Shown here piece after piece: positions 40,552 to 50,470 of a stretch of 64,000 nucleotides of DNA. The position numbers were made by a program, and so were the translations under genes. The notes under the pieces were generated by a model. That model ran no database searches, had not been told where the DNA came from, and was given only the letters and a program-made list of their open reading frames with translations. Position 1 is the stretch's first letter; every line of letters starts with the position of its first letter. This stretch comes from Candidatus Poribacteria bacterium. GTDB taxonomy: Bacteria; Poribacteria; WGA-4E; UBA9662. The stretch lies in contig JAYZAL010000047.1 of assembly GCA_036339735.1 (NCBI GenBank), forward strand, positions 64,001 through 128,000, read 5' to 3'.

Positions 40552-41358
40552 ATGTCAGCCATTCTAACTCACGACCACTTTGCAAAACTAGAAAGAGATA
40601 GTTATATTATCATTCATAATTTTTTATCTGAAACAGAGAGGTCAGAAATTGCTGCAGCAATTCGTCGTATCTTGCCACCTTGGTCAGATTTGGAAGACAA
40701 AACAAAAACTAGCGACGCCACTTATTTCCCTTACGAAGAACAATGTCTCAACCGGGCTATTCTCAATCGTGAATGCATCCGTTTTTCACAAAAATGGCTT
40801 GGCACTAAAAAAATTCACTACCGACCTGGTCTGGCTTTAGTTCGGTATCCTGGGTTTAAGGGATATTCCAATAAACCACACATAGATAATGGAAATAATT
40901 CCCTTCTGCCCCCGAACGAACTGGACCAAAATCATGGCCAACTCAATTTTTGGTTTTACCCAGAAGATGTGGCTGAAGATCAAGCACCAACTTACCTGTT
41001 AAAAAAGTCAGACGGTCAAGATATGGAACGCGCAAAAAAGTTCGTTGCACCTGGTGGATCGTTAGCTATTTTCACAAATTACAACTGGCATTCAGCTGGT
41101 GATTACTTGCGGGACGACGGACAACGATATGTATGGAAATTTGCCTATGGAAGGGCCGACCATCCCTGGGAGGGCGTCCTTCACTATACCAACGTTGGTC
41201 AAAACTCACATTTTCGCCACTTCATTGGTTTATTAACGCCTAAGGAAAGAGAATTCTTTCGCTTTCCACCGGTAGGACATCCTTATTATACTTTACAGAC
41301 CCTTGAAGCCTTGTCGAAACAGTATCCGGGGTGGGATAAAAAAGAATACCTGAAATAA
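40552..41358 (+). CDS. PhyH-like 2OG-Fe(II) oxygenase
   Basis: YIIIHNFLS, PHID (HxD), GSL.IF...WHSA, R; C-terminal FPPVGHPYYT...YPGWD. Confidence 0.75.
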   Translation: MSAILTHDHFAKLERDSYIIIHNFLSETERSEIAAAIRRILPPWSDLEDKTKTSDATYFPYEEQCLNRAILNRECIRFSQKWLGTKKIHYRPGLALVRYPGFKGYSNKPHIDNGNNSLLPPNELDQNHGQLNFWFYPEDVAEDQAPTYLLKKSDGQDMERAKKFVAPGGSLAIFTNYNWHSAGDYLRDDGQRYVWKFAYGRADHPWEGVLHYTNVGQNSHFRHFIGLLTPKEREFFRFPPVGHPYYTLQTLEALSKQYPGWDKKEYLK

Positions 41359-41455
41359 TTCGGGATGAATGTTAGGTTCACTGGCTATAGAGAGCCTATT
41401 CATCTCGAAAAATCAGTTTAATTCAACAAAAGTCAATTATAATTAGGAGGAATAT

Positions 41456-42823
41456 ATGTCAGAGACTTTAAAATTTATCTTAGACGAAAAAGAAATTCCA
41501 GAAGCCTGGTACAACATTGCTTCAGATTTACCAGAACCACCGCCACCTGTTCTCCATCCTGGAACTGGACAACCAATTGGACCAGACGACTTAGCTCCAC
41601 TTTTTCCAATGTCCTTGATCGGTCAGGAAGTTTCAACAGAAAGAGACATTGAAATACCAGACGAAGTCCGGGAGATCTACAAACAATGGCGCCCAACACC
41701 TCTTCATCGTGCAAAACGACTAGAAAAAGCTCTCGATACTCCGGCGAAGATTTACTACAAATATGAAGGAAGTAGTCCTGCTGGATCTCACAAGCCAAAT
41801 ACGGCTATAGCTCAGGCCTATTACAATAAAGCCGAAGGGGTAAAACGATTAACCACTGAAACAGGGGCAGGTCAATGGGGATCAGCATTATCTCTAGCGT
41901 GCTCCTTTTTTGAGCTTGAATGTAAAGTTTTTATGGTCCGTGTGAGCTATGAACAAAAACCTTATCGAAGGGCCTTTATTGAGTCTTATGGTGCCGATGT
42001 CACAGCTAGCCCAAGTAAGGAAACAGACTCAGGTAAAGCCATACTGGAAAATGACCCCAACACCACAGGCTCTTTAGGGATTGCTATTTCTGAAGCTGTC
42101 GAGTTAGCTGCGAAGGATGAAAATACGAAGTATGCACTTGGTAGCGTTTTAAACCATGTTTTAACGCATCAAACAGTAATTGGCTTAGAAACCATGAAAC
42201 AGTTAGAAATGGCTGGCGACTATCCCGACGTGATTGTTGGTTGTACCGGCGGGGGGTCGAATTTCGCAGGAATAACATTTCCATACATTGGACAAAAACT
42301 AAGAGGTGAAACCAATCTAAGAATTATTGCGGTTGAGCCTGCTGCTTGTCCGTCGTTGACTAAGGGTAAATTTGCCTATGATTTCGGCGACACAGCTCAT
42401 ATGACACCACTGGTCAAAATGCATACTCTTGGTAGTATGTTTGTACCAGAAGGTATCCATGCTGGTGGGCTACGTTATCATGGTATGGCACCAATGGTAA
42501 GCCACCTCTTGGATATAGGTCAAATTGAAGCTATTGCGACACCACAGTTAGAAACCTTCTCCGCCGGGCTCCAGATTGCTAAAGCAGAAGGTATCATCCC
42601 CGCACCAGAAGCAAACCATGCAGTCGCAGGCGCCATTCGTGAAGCCTTACGTTGCAAAGAAGAGGGGCGAAGCGAAACAATCCTATTCAATTTATGTGGA
42701 CATGGTCATTTCGATATGCAAGCATATAGTGACTACAATGCAGGCAAGTTGAAAGACTATGAATATCCCGATGAAGAAATCGCAATGGCATTGTCCGGGC
42801 TACCCAGTATTTCTTCTTCATAA
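41456..42823 (+). CDS. trpB2: Tryptophan synthase beta chain type 2 (TrpB-like PLP enzyme)
   Basis: [45 protein letters not shown]. Confidence 0.95.
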   Translation: MSETLKFILDEKEIPEAWYNIASDLPEPPPPVLHPGTGQPIGPDDLAPLFPMSLIGQEVSTERDIEIPDEVREIYKQWRPTPLHRAKRLEKALDTPAKIYYKYEGSSPAGSHKPNTAIAQAYYNKAEGVKRLTTETGAGQWGSALSLACSFFELECKVFMVRVSYEQKPYRRAFIESYGADVTASPSKETDSGKAILENDPNTTGSLGIAISEAVELAAKDENTKYALGSVLNHVLTHQTVIGLETMKQLEMAGDYPDVIVGCTGGGSNFAGITFPYIGQKLRGETNLRIIAVEPAACPSLTKGKFAYDFGDTAHMTPLVKMHTLGSMFVPEGIHAGGLRYHGMAPMVSHLLDIGQIEAIATPQLETFSAGLQIAKAEGIIPAPEANHAVAGAIREALRCKEEGRSETILFNLCGHGHFDMQAYSDYNAGKLKDYEYPDEEIAMALSGLPSISSS

Positions 42824-42846
42824 TTTTTGTTGATTTTGACTAAATA

Positions 42847-42888
42847 TGTGAGCTAGCGTTTAACGAATTACTTTTATGCTAGCTCACA
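42847..42888 (+). terminator. Hairpin downstream of trpB2 (terminator-like)
   Basis: TGTGAGCTAGC...GCTAGCTCACA 11-bp inverted repeat; no clear U-tract on the + strand. Confidence 0.5.
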
Positions 42889-43155
42889 AAGTAGAGAAAA
42901 GTTTGTGAACTAACACGAAACTGTTAGTGATTCTGATAGCTTTTATGCATATTTTAATTGTTCCGAGGTTCTAACCTGCCCCAAATCATCGCCCAGTCAG
43001 TTGATGATCCCATTCAGGTCGCAGCTTTTTACTTATTAAATTTTCAGCATATCAGTATAAACCAAAAATCCTTTCACCCTTCACCCAATTTCTCAATGTG
43101 CTGTTTGCCATAAAATTGCTGTAAGTAAATAGTATATAAATGGAATTAGATGAGG

Positions 43156-43497
43156 TTAAATAATTCTATCAAAGAAACTTCTTCTTTTCAGAATACTTCC
43201 ACGGATCAACAGGCCCTATTCTCCTCTCAGGCCGATTCTAACAATCATGATTTCGATTAGCAACGACTCAAGCTTCAACCCCTGTAACTTTGGCAAGATC
43301 AACAGCAACAATTAGGTAACCCCCTGTCCTCCAACGCTGATCTTTATCAGATTATGCGAAGTGAACATCCCCTTGGTATTGATGCCTTCGTCCCTCAGGC
43401 TTGTCAATTAAGCCCTCATATCAACCCCATTCAATCCCTTCAGCTACTCCAGAAGTGTATTAAGATCATGCCCAAAACTGGTGGGAATGGTCGTCAC
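43156..43497 (-). pseudogene. Decayed reading frame of unknown family
   Basis: 114-codon frame from GTG at 43497 reads as protein-like text, interrupted by four TAG/TAA stops. Confidence 0.4.
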
Positions 43498-43820
43498 GTC
43501 GGACGTCCTGGTTGGTTACGGCTTCTCTATCTCTGATTCTTTCTTCAAACGCGCTTGGGCCAATACCTTCGATTTTCTGCCCCTCTATTGGCAGCAACAT
43601 CAAAATCCTGCTCCTCATCCCCGTTCTCCCAAATCCATTAATTGGCTTCTTAATTGCTCTGGCCAAGCCTGGTCTTCTCACTTTTAACCAACTGTAGCCC
43701 GATTCTAAATTCAAATTAAGTTAATCAATAAATCCCTTTTAAAACCTATTTAATGGGCTACGTAAATTTCATATATGTTGACTTATAGAGAGTTTCTTGT
43801 TACCCTCAAACGATTCTCTT

Positions 43821-43916
43821 CGGTACATGGGGAAGTATACGACAATTATGACCCACGAACAGTATGCTGAAGATAAAATTGGCTATTTAAATGAGAAAAA
43901 ATCGCGAGTTGAATAG
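43821..43916 (+). pseudogene. C-terminal remnant of a paralog of the downstream lipoprotein
   Basis: MGKYTTIMTHEQYAEDKIGYLNEKKSRVE* aligns without gaps to MGVHTNILIHEKEAEDGIGYFNDKKSRVR* (18/29 identical). Confidence 0.85.
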
Positions 43917-44022
43917 TTTTTTCAAATTAGTAAGCTTTTTGGAACACAAGAGTTTGTTATCATTGAACTCACCAGATTAACTACAATCACAACCGATTTG
44001 AAAATTGAAGAGGTTTTACAAA

Positions 44023-44850
44023 ATGCAGAAAGTGACTAAATCAATTGCCATTTGTTTTCTGTTGGCAGTTATTTTCGTGATAGGATGTGGGGAAGATTCT
44101 ACCTTACCAACAAAGGTAAAGAAAGACGGAGGCGAATCGATCGGATTGGCGGTTAGTCATACCGAGGCCTTGAACGGAGAAGATTTTAGTGTTGCCATAG
44201 CTCAAGAACTTGCAGAGCAAGGCGTCAAATTGTCAGAAACATCAACCATTTGGGCCCGAAAAGCCGATGAAGAATGGCTAGTTACGGATACAGAAAACGA
44301 GTTAGCCTATGTCATCACGAACGCTGGTGGCGACAAATTAGAAGTCAGTAAAACCGGTTACATTGACTATCAGGGAGAGGCTGACCAAGTAATTAAACTT
44401 TGGGAAACCTTTAGGGAGTATTACAATAGTGGAGAGCTAACTAAGACGGTCTCACTTTTAACAGGTAAAGAGTCAGATCAGTTGTACATTAATATTGCTG
44501 AAAACGAAATGATCGAGGCGTCAGCGAATGGGGTTTCAGAAACCCTTAAAAAGCTACAAAAGGGGCATCATACAACTGCTAATGATAAGTTTGTTGGTAC
44601 TCCTATGAGTGAGGTCTATATTAAGAAACGAGGGTCTCAATTAGTCGCATCTGCTACCGGACCAAATGCTTTTCGCAAAGCTGGTGAAACATGGATCTAT
44701 TGTGTCAAGGTGCTAAACAAGTGGAAGATAAATAAGCTTGAGTCAATTGAGCAACGAAATATGGGCGTCCACACAAACATCCTAATCCACGAGAAAGAAG
44801 CCGAAGACGGAATTGGCTACTTCAATGATAAAAAATCTCGGGTAAGATAG
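44023..44850 (+). CDS. Hypothetical lipoprotein
   Basis: MQKVTKSIAICFLLAVIFVIGC lipobox; GAGG RBS before the ATG at 44023. Confidence 0.75.
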   Translation: MQKVTKSIAICFLLAVIFVIGCGEDSTLPTKVKKDGGESIGLAVSHTEALNGEDFSVAIAQELAEQGVKLSETSTIWARKADEEWLVTDTENELAYVITNAGGDKLEVSKTGYIDYQGEADQVIKLWETFREYYNSGELTKTVSLLTGKESDQLYINIAENEMIEASANGVSETLKKLQKGHHTTANDKFVGTPMSEVYIKKRGSQLVASATGPNAFRKAGETWIYCVKVLNKWKINKLESIEQRNMGVHTNILIHEKEAEDGIGYFNDKKSRVR

Positions 44851-44973
44851 CTTTTGGGGGATTGCACATCTTGTGGCGGAGGCTAGAAAAGGCACCACCA
44901 TGAAAATTGCGTTACGTTACTTTAATAATTCTTAACTCTTTCATAGGTTAGAGTGTTTTCTCTTCATACTTTG

Positions 44974-45006
44974 TGCCTAGTTGGTGGACTCCAACTAGGC
45001 ATTTTT
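44974..45006 (+). terminator. Intrinsic terminator
   Basis: TGCCTAGTTGG-TGGACT-CCAACTAGGCA followed by TTTTT. Confidence 0.8.
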
Positions 45007-45060
45007 AATGCATTAACTAGACTGTCCCAAATAGGGACTCAACCGACTCTTTATTGTCTA

Positions 45061-45288
45061 TCATTTAAAACCACCTAACAGGAAGAAAATCACCAGGACT
45101 AAAAGCGAAATAATCAAGGCTGATATTATCAAAACCCCGTCCTTCAGCTCCTTACCCTTCTCATCTGGTGGAGCAGGGTAACCACATTTTGGACATGATT
45201 TGAATACCTTACCTACCAAATCCCCACATTTTTCACAGATTCTCCGTGTGGGATCTATTTTAAAATCTACATCACCCGAATCCATCAT
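45061..45288 (-). CDS. Small zinc-ribbon membrane protein
   Basis: CEKC...CPKCG plus C-terminal TM helix; AAGGA RBS. Confidence 0.75.
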   Translation of the reverse strand: MMDSGDVDFKIDPTRRICEKCGDLVGKVFKSCPKCGYPAPPDEKGKELKDGVLIISALIISLLVLVIFFLLGGFK

Positions 45289-45436
45289 AACTACAGCTCA
45301 TCCTTTTGTGATCTACTAATCACAGATTCTATCTTGAACTGAACCTTTTTCTATTTATAAAAAGAATGACCCTATCATTCCGGGGCATTTACAGTTTTTT
45401 CTGCTTTTGCCCTGTTATTGATTCCTAATCTTCTGT

Positions 45437-45453
45437 TAATTGACCGTCAATTA
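45437..45453. promoter_or_regulatory. Perfect palindrome, candidate operator
   Basis: TAATTGAC-C-GTCAATTA in a divergent intergenic region. Confidence 0.45.
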
Positions 45454-45748
45454 CAGGTTTTTTCTGTGAAACTCAACATAATAATATATAACTCATATTG
45501 AATCTTAGGCATTTTTTCTATATAAACATGTCTAACCAAAGACGATCTAAACTAAAAACTTTTTTTTGCGTCTAAGCGGGAGCATAGCCTTTCTTGTTTT
45601 TTTAAGCCTATAAGGCAGTGAAGCGAGTAATCGATTTACTCACCCTTCAGAACGGTCTATACACATAAATATAAGTTTTATTTCTAGAGGGAATGTGGAT
45701 ATCGAATTTTGTTGATAGATTCTTTTTGTCAGATTTGTTTGAACATGG

Positions 45749-45780
45749 CGTTTTCTCTTCGGATAAAGTAGGAGAAAACG
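45749..45780 (+). promoter_or_regulatory. Hairpin sequestering the helicase Shine-Dalgarno sequence
   Basis: CGTTTTCTCTT pairs with AGGAGAAAACG (11 bp, one G-U), 3 nt before the TTG start. Confidence 0.55.
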
Positions 45781-45783
45781 TAC

Positions 45784-47097
45784 TTGAAAACCTTTTCACA
45801 ACTCAATCTAATTGAGCCTCTTTTGCGGGCTGTATCAGCTCAGGACTATCAAACAACAACCCCAATACAAGCAGCAACTATTCCGCCGCTTTTAGCCGGC
45901 AAAGATGTCCTAGGTTGCGCCCAGACCGGCACTGGGAAAACTGCAGCTTTCGCCCTTCCCATATTACAAAAAATTGCACAACAATCGAGTTTGACGAAGC
46001 ATGCGAACATTCGAGCTTTAGTGCTAGCACCTACCCGGGAATTAGCGTCCCAGATTGGAACTTCTTTCGAAGACTACGGTCAGTTTCTGAATATTCGTCA
46101 CTCAGTTATTTTCGGTGGTGTCAATTCTAATAGACAAATCCAAGCACTCGAACGTGGTGTCCATGTGCTAATTGCTACTCCAGGCCGTTTACTTGACTTG
46201 CAACAACAGGGATTCGTTGATTTAAGCTGCTTAGACTTTTTTGTTTTGGATGAAGCTGATCGAATGTTGGACATGGGCTTCATTAGAGATATACAACGTA
46301 TCATTTCTTTATTGCCGACGCGTCGTCAGAATTTACTGTTTTCTGCTACTATGCCAGGTGCTATTACTAAATTGGCAGATTCTATTTTGGTGGAACCATT
46401 TCGATTCCAAATTTCGCCCCAAAAATCTGTGGTGCAGGAAATTCAACAAGAAGTGATGTTTGTCCAACAATCTGACAAACGTCATTTGTTAGTCGAAATT
46501 ATCCAGAAAAGTTATATCCAGCAGGCTATAGTTTTCATGAGAACAAAGCATCGTGCTAATCGTTTGACACAGCAACTTAATCGCGCCAAAGTAAACGCGG
46601 TAGCTATTCACGGTGACAAATCCCAGTCTGCGCGCCAACGTGCCCTGCGCAGTTTTCGAGAAGGAAAAAGCCATATTCTTGTTGCAACTGATCTGGCAGC
46701 TAGGGGCTTAGATATTGATGGTGTTAGCCACGTATTTAATTTCGATTTGCCAAATGAAACAGAAAGTTACGTACATCGGATTGGTCGAACTGGTAGAGCA
46801 GGACGGTCAGGAATGGCAATTGCCTTTTGTGCCCCCGAAGAATATGACTATCTTACTAACATCGAAAAAACAATAGGTGTCCAAATCCCAGTTTCTAAGG
46901 GGGATCCCGGTTGGGATCGTCAACCGATCAGGATAGAAGATGAGACTAAAAATGGAAGTAAAACGGGACTGAAAAAATTTGAAAGTCGACGTCGAACTAG
47001 GAAGACCAAACAAAATAACCACAAGCGTAAGCAAACTCGATTTCGAAAAGAACATCCATCAGCTAATCAATCCAAACTGCAAGTATCGAGCCGTTAA
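45784..47097 (+). CDS. rhlE: DEAD-box RNA helicase (RhlE-like)
   Basis: Q motif, AQTGTGKT, PTRELA, TPGRL, DEAD, SAT, ARGLD, HRIGRTGRAG; basic C-terminal tail. Confidence 0.9.
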   Translation: MKTFSQLNLIEPLLRAVSAQDYQTTTPIQAATIPPLLAGKDVLGCAQTGTGKTAAFALPILQKIAQQSSLTKHANIRALVLAPTRELASQIGTSFEDYGQFLNIRHSVIFGGVNSNRQIQALERGVHVLIATPGRLLDLQQQGFVDLSCLDFFVLDEADRMLDMGFIRDIQRIISLLPTRRQNLLFSATMPGAITKLADSILVEPFRFQISPQKSVVQEIQQEVMFVQQSDKRHLLVEIIQKSYIQQAIVFMRTKHRANRLTQQLNRAKVNAVAIHGDKSQSARQRALRSFREGKSHILVATDLAARGLDIDGVSHVFNFDLPNETESYVHRIGRTGRAGRSGMAIAFCAPEEYDYLTNIEKTIGVQIPVSKGDPGWDRQPIRIEDETKNGSKTGLKKFESRRRTRKTKQNNHKRKQTRFRKEHPSANQSKLQVSSR

Positions 47098-47133
47098 CCT
47101 ATAAATAAAACCAATCTGTACCTGCAAAATGCA

Positions 47134-47180
47134 GCAGTCCAGATAGCTAGGTGGAATCTTCCATCGGTTATCTGGACTGT
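47134..47180 (+). terminator. Long hairpin after the helicase gene (terminator or stabiliser)
   Basis: GCAGTCCAGATAGC...GTTATCTGGACTGT stem with inner TGGAA/TTCCA pairing. Confidence 0.55.
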
Positions 47181-47775
47181 GATAGGTCTATTCGTTCAAT
47201 TTAGACGATACATACTTATTTACAAAAAGTATTAAGGATTCGGTTGTGTACACGATCGTCGAAGTGATGACAGATCGGACTTTGAACAAATTCATAAAAA
47301 CCCGCCAAGTACAGCTCATCTCTATTCGATGATTCGATACCCCATATCTTTAGTCTATATGGATAGGCCTAGTAGTGATAAAAACTAGGGTGTTTATTCG
47401 TCGTTAACATCGTATTTTCACTTTCCATCAACTAATCTAAGGATAGTTCATTGGCGTGGTGATGACCTAAGGTCATACCCATACGATTGCAATTAGTCTG
47501 GTTAAACCTCGAAGTCTAGTCGTCGCGAAACAAACGGTATTACGACTATGATTGTTCTGACAGATACCAGTTTAATTAGAATATTCCCTACGAGAGCAAC
47601 ACTGATGAGCGTTAAGCAGTTTCAAAAAGCTAAATAATCTCAATTTCACTCCCAAAATTTGCGAAAATGCACAGAAAACTAGGCTGTATGATCAATTCAG
47701 AATTAAGTTAATCTTAAAAATGGGACCACATATAAATGGTTCCTAGTAGAAATGAAATTAGTTAAGGAGTAAAGT

Positions 47776-48237
47776 ATGAACAAAACTTGGTTTATTGATA
47801 TAGATGGAACTTTGGTTAGACACCTTGAAGATGATGACATTGATAGAGGCGTAGAGGAAGAACTTCTACCTTTTACCTTAGAATTTCTGAGAGAAATCCG
47901 AGAGCAAGGTGATTACATCGTAATTACAACAGCAAGGCTAGAAAGACACAGAAAAGTCACGGAGCAAATGTTAAGTGAATTTGGTATTATATACGATCAC
48001 ATAATCTTTGGTCTCGGATCACAAGAAAGAGTACTAATTAATGATATCAAACCCACAGGATCATATGATGGAGGGGCAGAAGAACATCCTTTGCCTACCG
48101 CATATGCAATTAATATGGATAGAAATCAGGGTTTTGGTAATTTACTAAGTAAAGAATTATGGCAGACACCCAGTAATGCCAAAAACAAGGTGAAGGACCT
48201 AATGCCTAATGCAACCCTTGAGACTACTAAAAATTAA
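47776..48237 (+). CDS. Small capless HAD-superfamily phosphatase
   Basis: FIDIDGTL (motif I), ITTAR (motif II), VLIND; AAGGAG RBS. Confidence 0.85.
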   Translation: MNKTWFIDIDGTLVRHLEDDDIDRGVEEELLPFTLEFLREIREQGDYIVITTARLERHRKVTEQMLSEFGIIYDHIIFGLGSQERVLINDIKPTGSYDGGAEEHPLPTAYAINMDRNQGFGNLLSKELWQTPSNAKNKVKDLMPNATLETTKN

Positions 48238-48430
48238 CCTTTATGAACGAATGTAAAAAAAGAAACGGCTAACCAAAACAAGCTAAGCAGTTGAGTTTCT
48301 TTTTTTCAGCTTCTAAATTTTGCTATTACACAGGGGCTGCTATGGGTAAGGTCAGCTTTCAGTTTTGAATGAGATATGAGCATTAAAAAATTAAATATTT
48401 ACAAAATACAAAAATAGAAGGAAGTTTAAA

Positions 48431-49261
48431 ATGACAATTAGAAATCTATATCTGGTATTCATTATGCTGAATTTTCTTTGGCCCGGAATCTCATGGTCCG
48501 TGACAATTAAGGATGCCAAAAATGAGGTTAATATCTCTAGTGATCAATACAAATTAACTTGGAAGAAAGCTGAGACGATGGGTTACAGCACCGCTATTCC
48601 GTCAGGTTCTAAAAAAAGTCTTATTCAAAACCTTAAAGATCCTTTTTACCATGGTGGTGATTATGCGAATTGGGAGTTTTGGGGGGCAACAGGAAAAGTT
48701 AAAATTTTGGAGCAGAATGTGGGTAAATCTGTAGTCGAGTACCAATCTAAAGGTACAGAAATTATGGCTTACTCAATTACTGCAACTTATTGGGATGCTG
48801 TGCCTTATTTCATGCATGAAGTTAGAGGAACTAACTTACACAAAGAACCTCAAGCTTTTCCCGTTTCAGGCTATGACCCAATGTTTAATCCTGGGTATGA
48901 ATTTAAAGAGGAAGAATTCAAAATTTGGAAAGAGCCGATCCCACATGTTGCTATCTGGCAACCCAACGGATATTTTATTGCACTTTACAGTAAAAATCCA
49001 AGAGCTCGGGCTCGTAAAGGCGACTGGCAAGGCAAGGGCAGTGTAGTTCAGTTAAACCACGATTGGCAACTAGATATGATTGACAGAAAGAAACAATCGG
49101 AGCCAGTTACTTATTGCGTTGCATTAGCCAAAGGTGGAGAGGGCGAAGCTCATCAACTGGCAGCTGAAATCAAAACTATGTTCGAGGGAAAAGAGCCAAA
49201 ATCCGTCAACCATAATGGAAAAATTCCGGTATTTTGGTCCTCAATTAAAGATAAGCACTAA
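48431..49261 (+). CDS. Secreted hypothetical protein with Poribacteria-type C-terminal motif
   Basis: Signal peptide; ends SVNHNGKIPVFWSSIKDKH. Confidence 0.7.
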   Translation: MTIRNLYLVFIMLNFLWPGISWSVTIKDAKNEVNISSDQYKLTWKKAETMGYSTAIPSGSKKSLIQNLKDPFYHGGDYANWEFWGATGKVKILEQNVGKSVVEYQSKGTEIMAYSITATYWDAVPYFMHEVRGTNLHKEPQAFPVSGYDPMFNPGYEFKEEEFKIWKEPIPHVAIWQPNGYFIALYSKNPRARARKGDWQGKGSVVQLNHDWQLDMIDRKKQSEPVTYCVALAKGGEGEAHQLAAEIKTMFEGKEPKSVNHNGKIPVFWSSIKDKH

Positions 49262-49365
49262 ATACTGTTCCGGGGCCTACTTCTTAGTAGTTGTCCATTT
49301 CGATTTAGAGGGGTTTTTGTCAAAAGTTTTGCTTACGGGGTCAGGAGCTACTTCAAGTACCTAAA

Positions 49366-50214
49366 ATGCCAAGGGATTTCGCACAACATTTGACTGAATT
49401 CGAACAAAAAGGATTGACTTGTTTTCCAAACCAATTAGATAAACCTACGATAGAACAATGGCAGTCCATTTTTCAAAATGAGGCTCTTGACCCACAACCT
49501 GACCGTAAGCGTTATGATACCTACCAACTGATTGATAAATATCCACAGACAACGATTCCTTTTGTCTCAAACGCTGAAGTTCTTGATTTCCTCGAAATGT
49601 TGATGGGTCCTTTTGTCAGTTTAGAGGCTCTGGCCATGGCTGCTACTTTTCCCACTCAAACAGATCCAAATGAAGTCGATTATGGGATACACTGGCACCG
49701 AGATATGTGGGCAACAGTTGGGCGGACTAACGATTATCTGCCACCTAACGCAGTCAACGTCTTAAACTACTTTCCCAACCTTAACCAAGATAATGGAGCG
49801 TTTCGATACATTCCTGGGTCGCATCGAAAGCATTTTTTCATCACAGGAAATCAGGCTCAAGAAGTTCACTCCGAGGAGAAGTTACTATATCCCAAAATGG
49901 GTGATACTCTTTTAGTTCATAGCGGATTATTGCATTCCGGGTCAGGTAATTTCAGCGGCCAAATGCGTTACTTTGTTTCGCGCTTTTACGCGAAATGTTG
50001 GTATCCTCGCCGAGAACAAACCAATATTTCACCGATCCAATCCTTTATTGCCGATGCTGAATCAAAAAGAGATCGGCGACTCATGCGTCTGTTTGGCAAA
50101 GATGATCTCTTGCTATCACGAGCTGGTCAAAGTGGAAGCTTACCTGAATCGGAAATTTGGCAACAGTGGATTTTAGAGGACCAGCAGTATAAATTAGCTG
50201 AGAAAACGACATGA
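49366..50214 (+). CDS. PhyH family 2OG-Fe(II) oxygenase
   Basis: HWHRD, NGAFRYIPGSH, GD..L.HSGLLHSG..N.S...R. Confidence 0.88.
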   Translation: MPRDFAQHLTEFEQKGLTCFPNQLDKPTIEQWQSIFQNEALDPQPDRKRYDTYQLIDKYPQTTIPFVSNAEVLDFLEMLMGPFVSLEALAMAATFPTQTDPNEVDYGIHWHRDMWATVGRTNDYLPPNAVNVLNYFPNLNQDNGAFRYIPGSHRKHFFITGNQAQEVHSEEKLLYPKMGDTLLVHSGLLHSGSGNFSGQMRYFVSRFYAKCWYPRREQTNISPIQSFIADAESKRDRRLMRLFGKDDLLLSRAGQSGSLPESEIWQQWILEDQQYKLAEKTT

Positions 50215-50470
50215 ATTGTTTACTTTTTCTAACAAGATAAACCCCAGTAACCATATGTTCAACTTATCTGATTTGAATAAGCCTGATTGTTGTGACATCC
50301 TTTTTCGCTCATTGTTAGATAAAATTCGGCGTCTTTTATTATTTATCTGTTATTAGTTCTTCAGGGGAACTTTCTAACCAAACGTACTTAAGATAACTAA
50401 CTTGTTGAATAATATTATATTTCAGCTTGCATAATCTTTCGGCGAACTCAATGAAGTTAATTGAAAGAAA

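Noticed and set aside
47520-47670. Hammerhead ribozyme suggested by CTGATGAG and nearby GAAA
   Set aside because: Stems I-III cannot be formed convincingly (only 2-3 bp) in either permutation.
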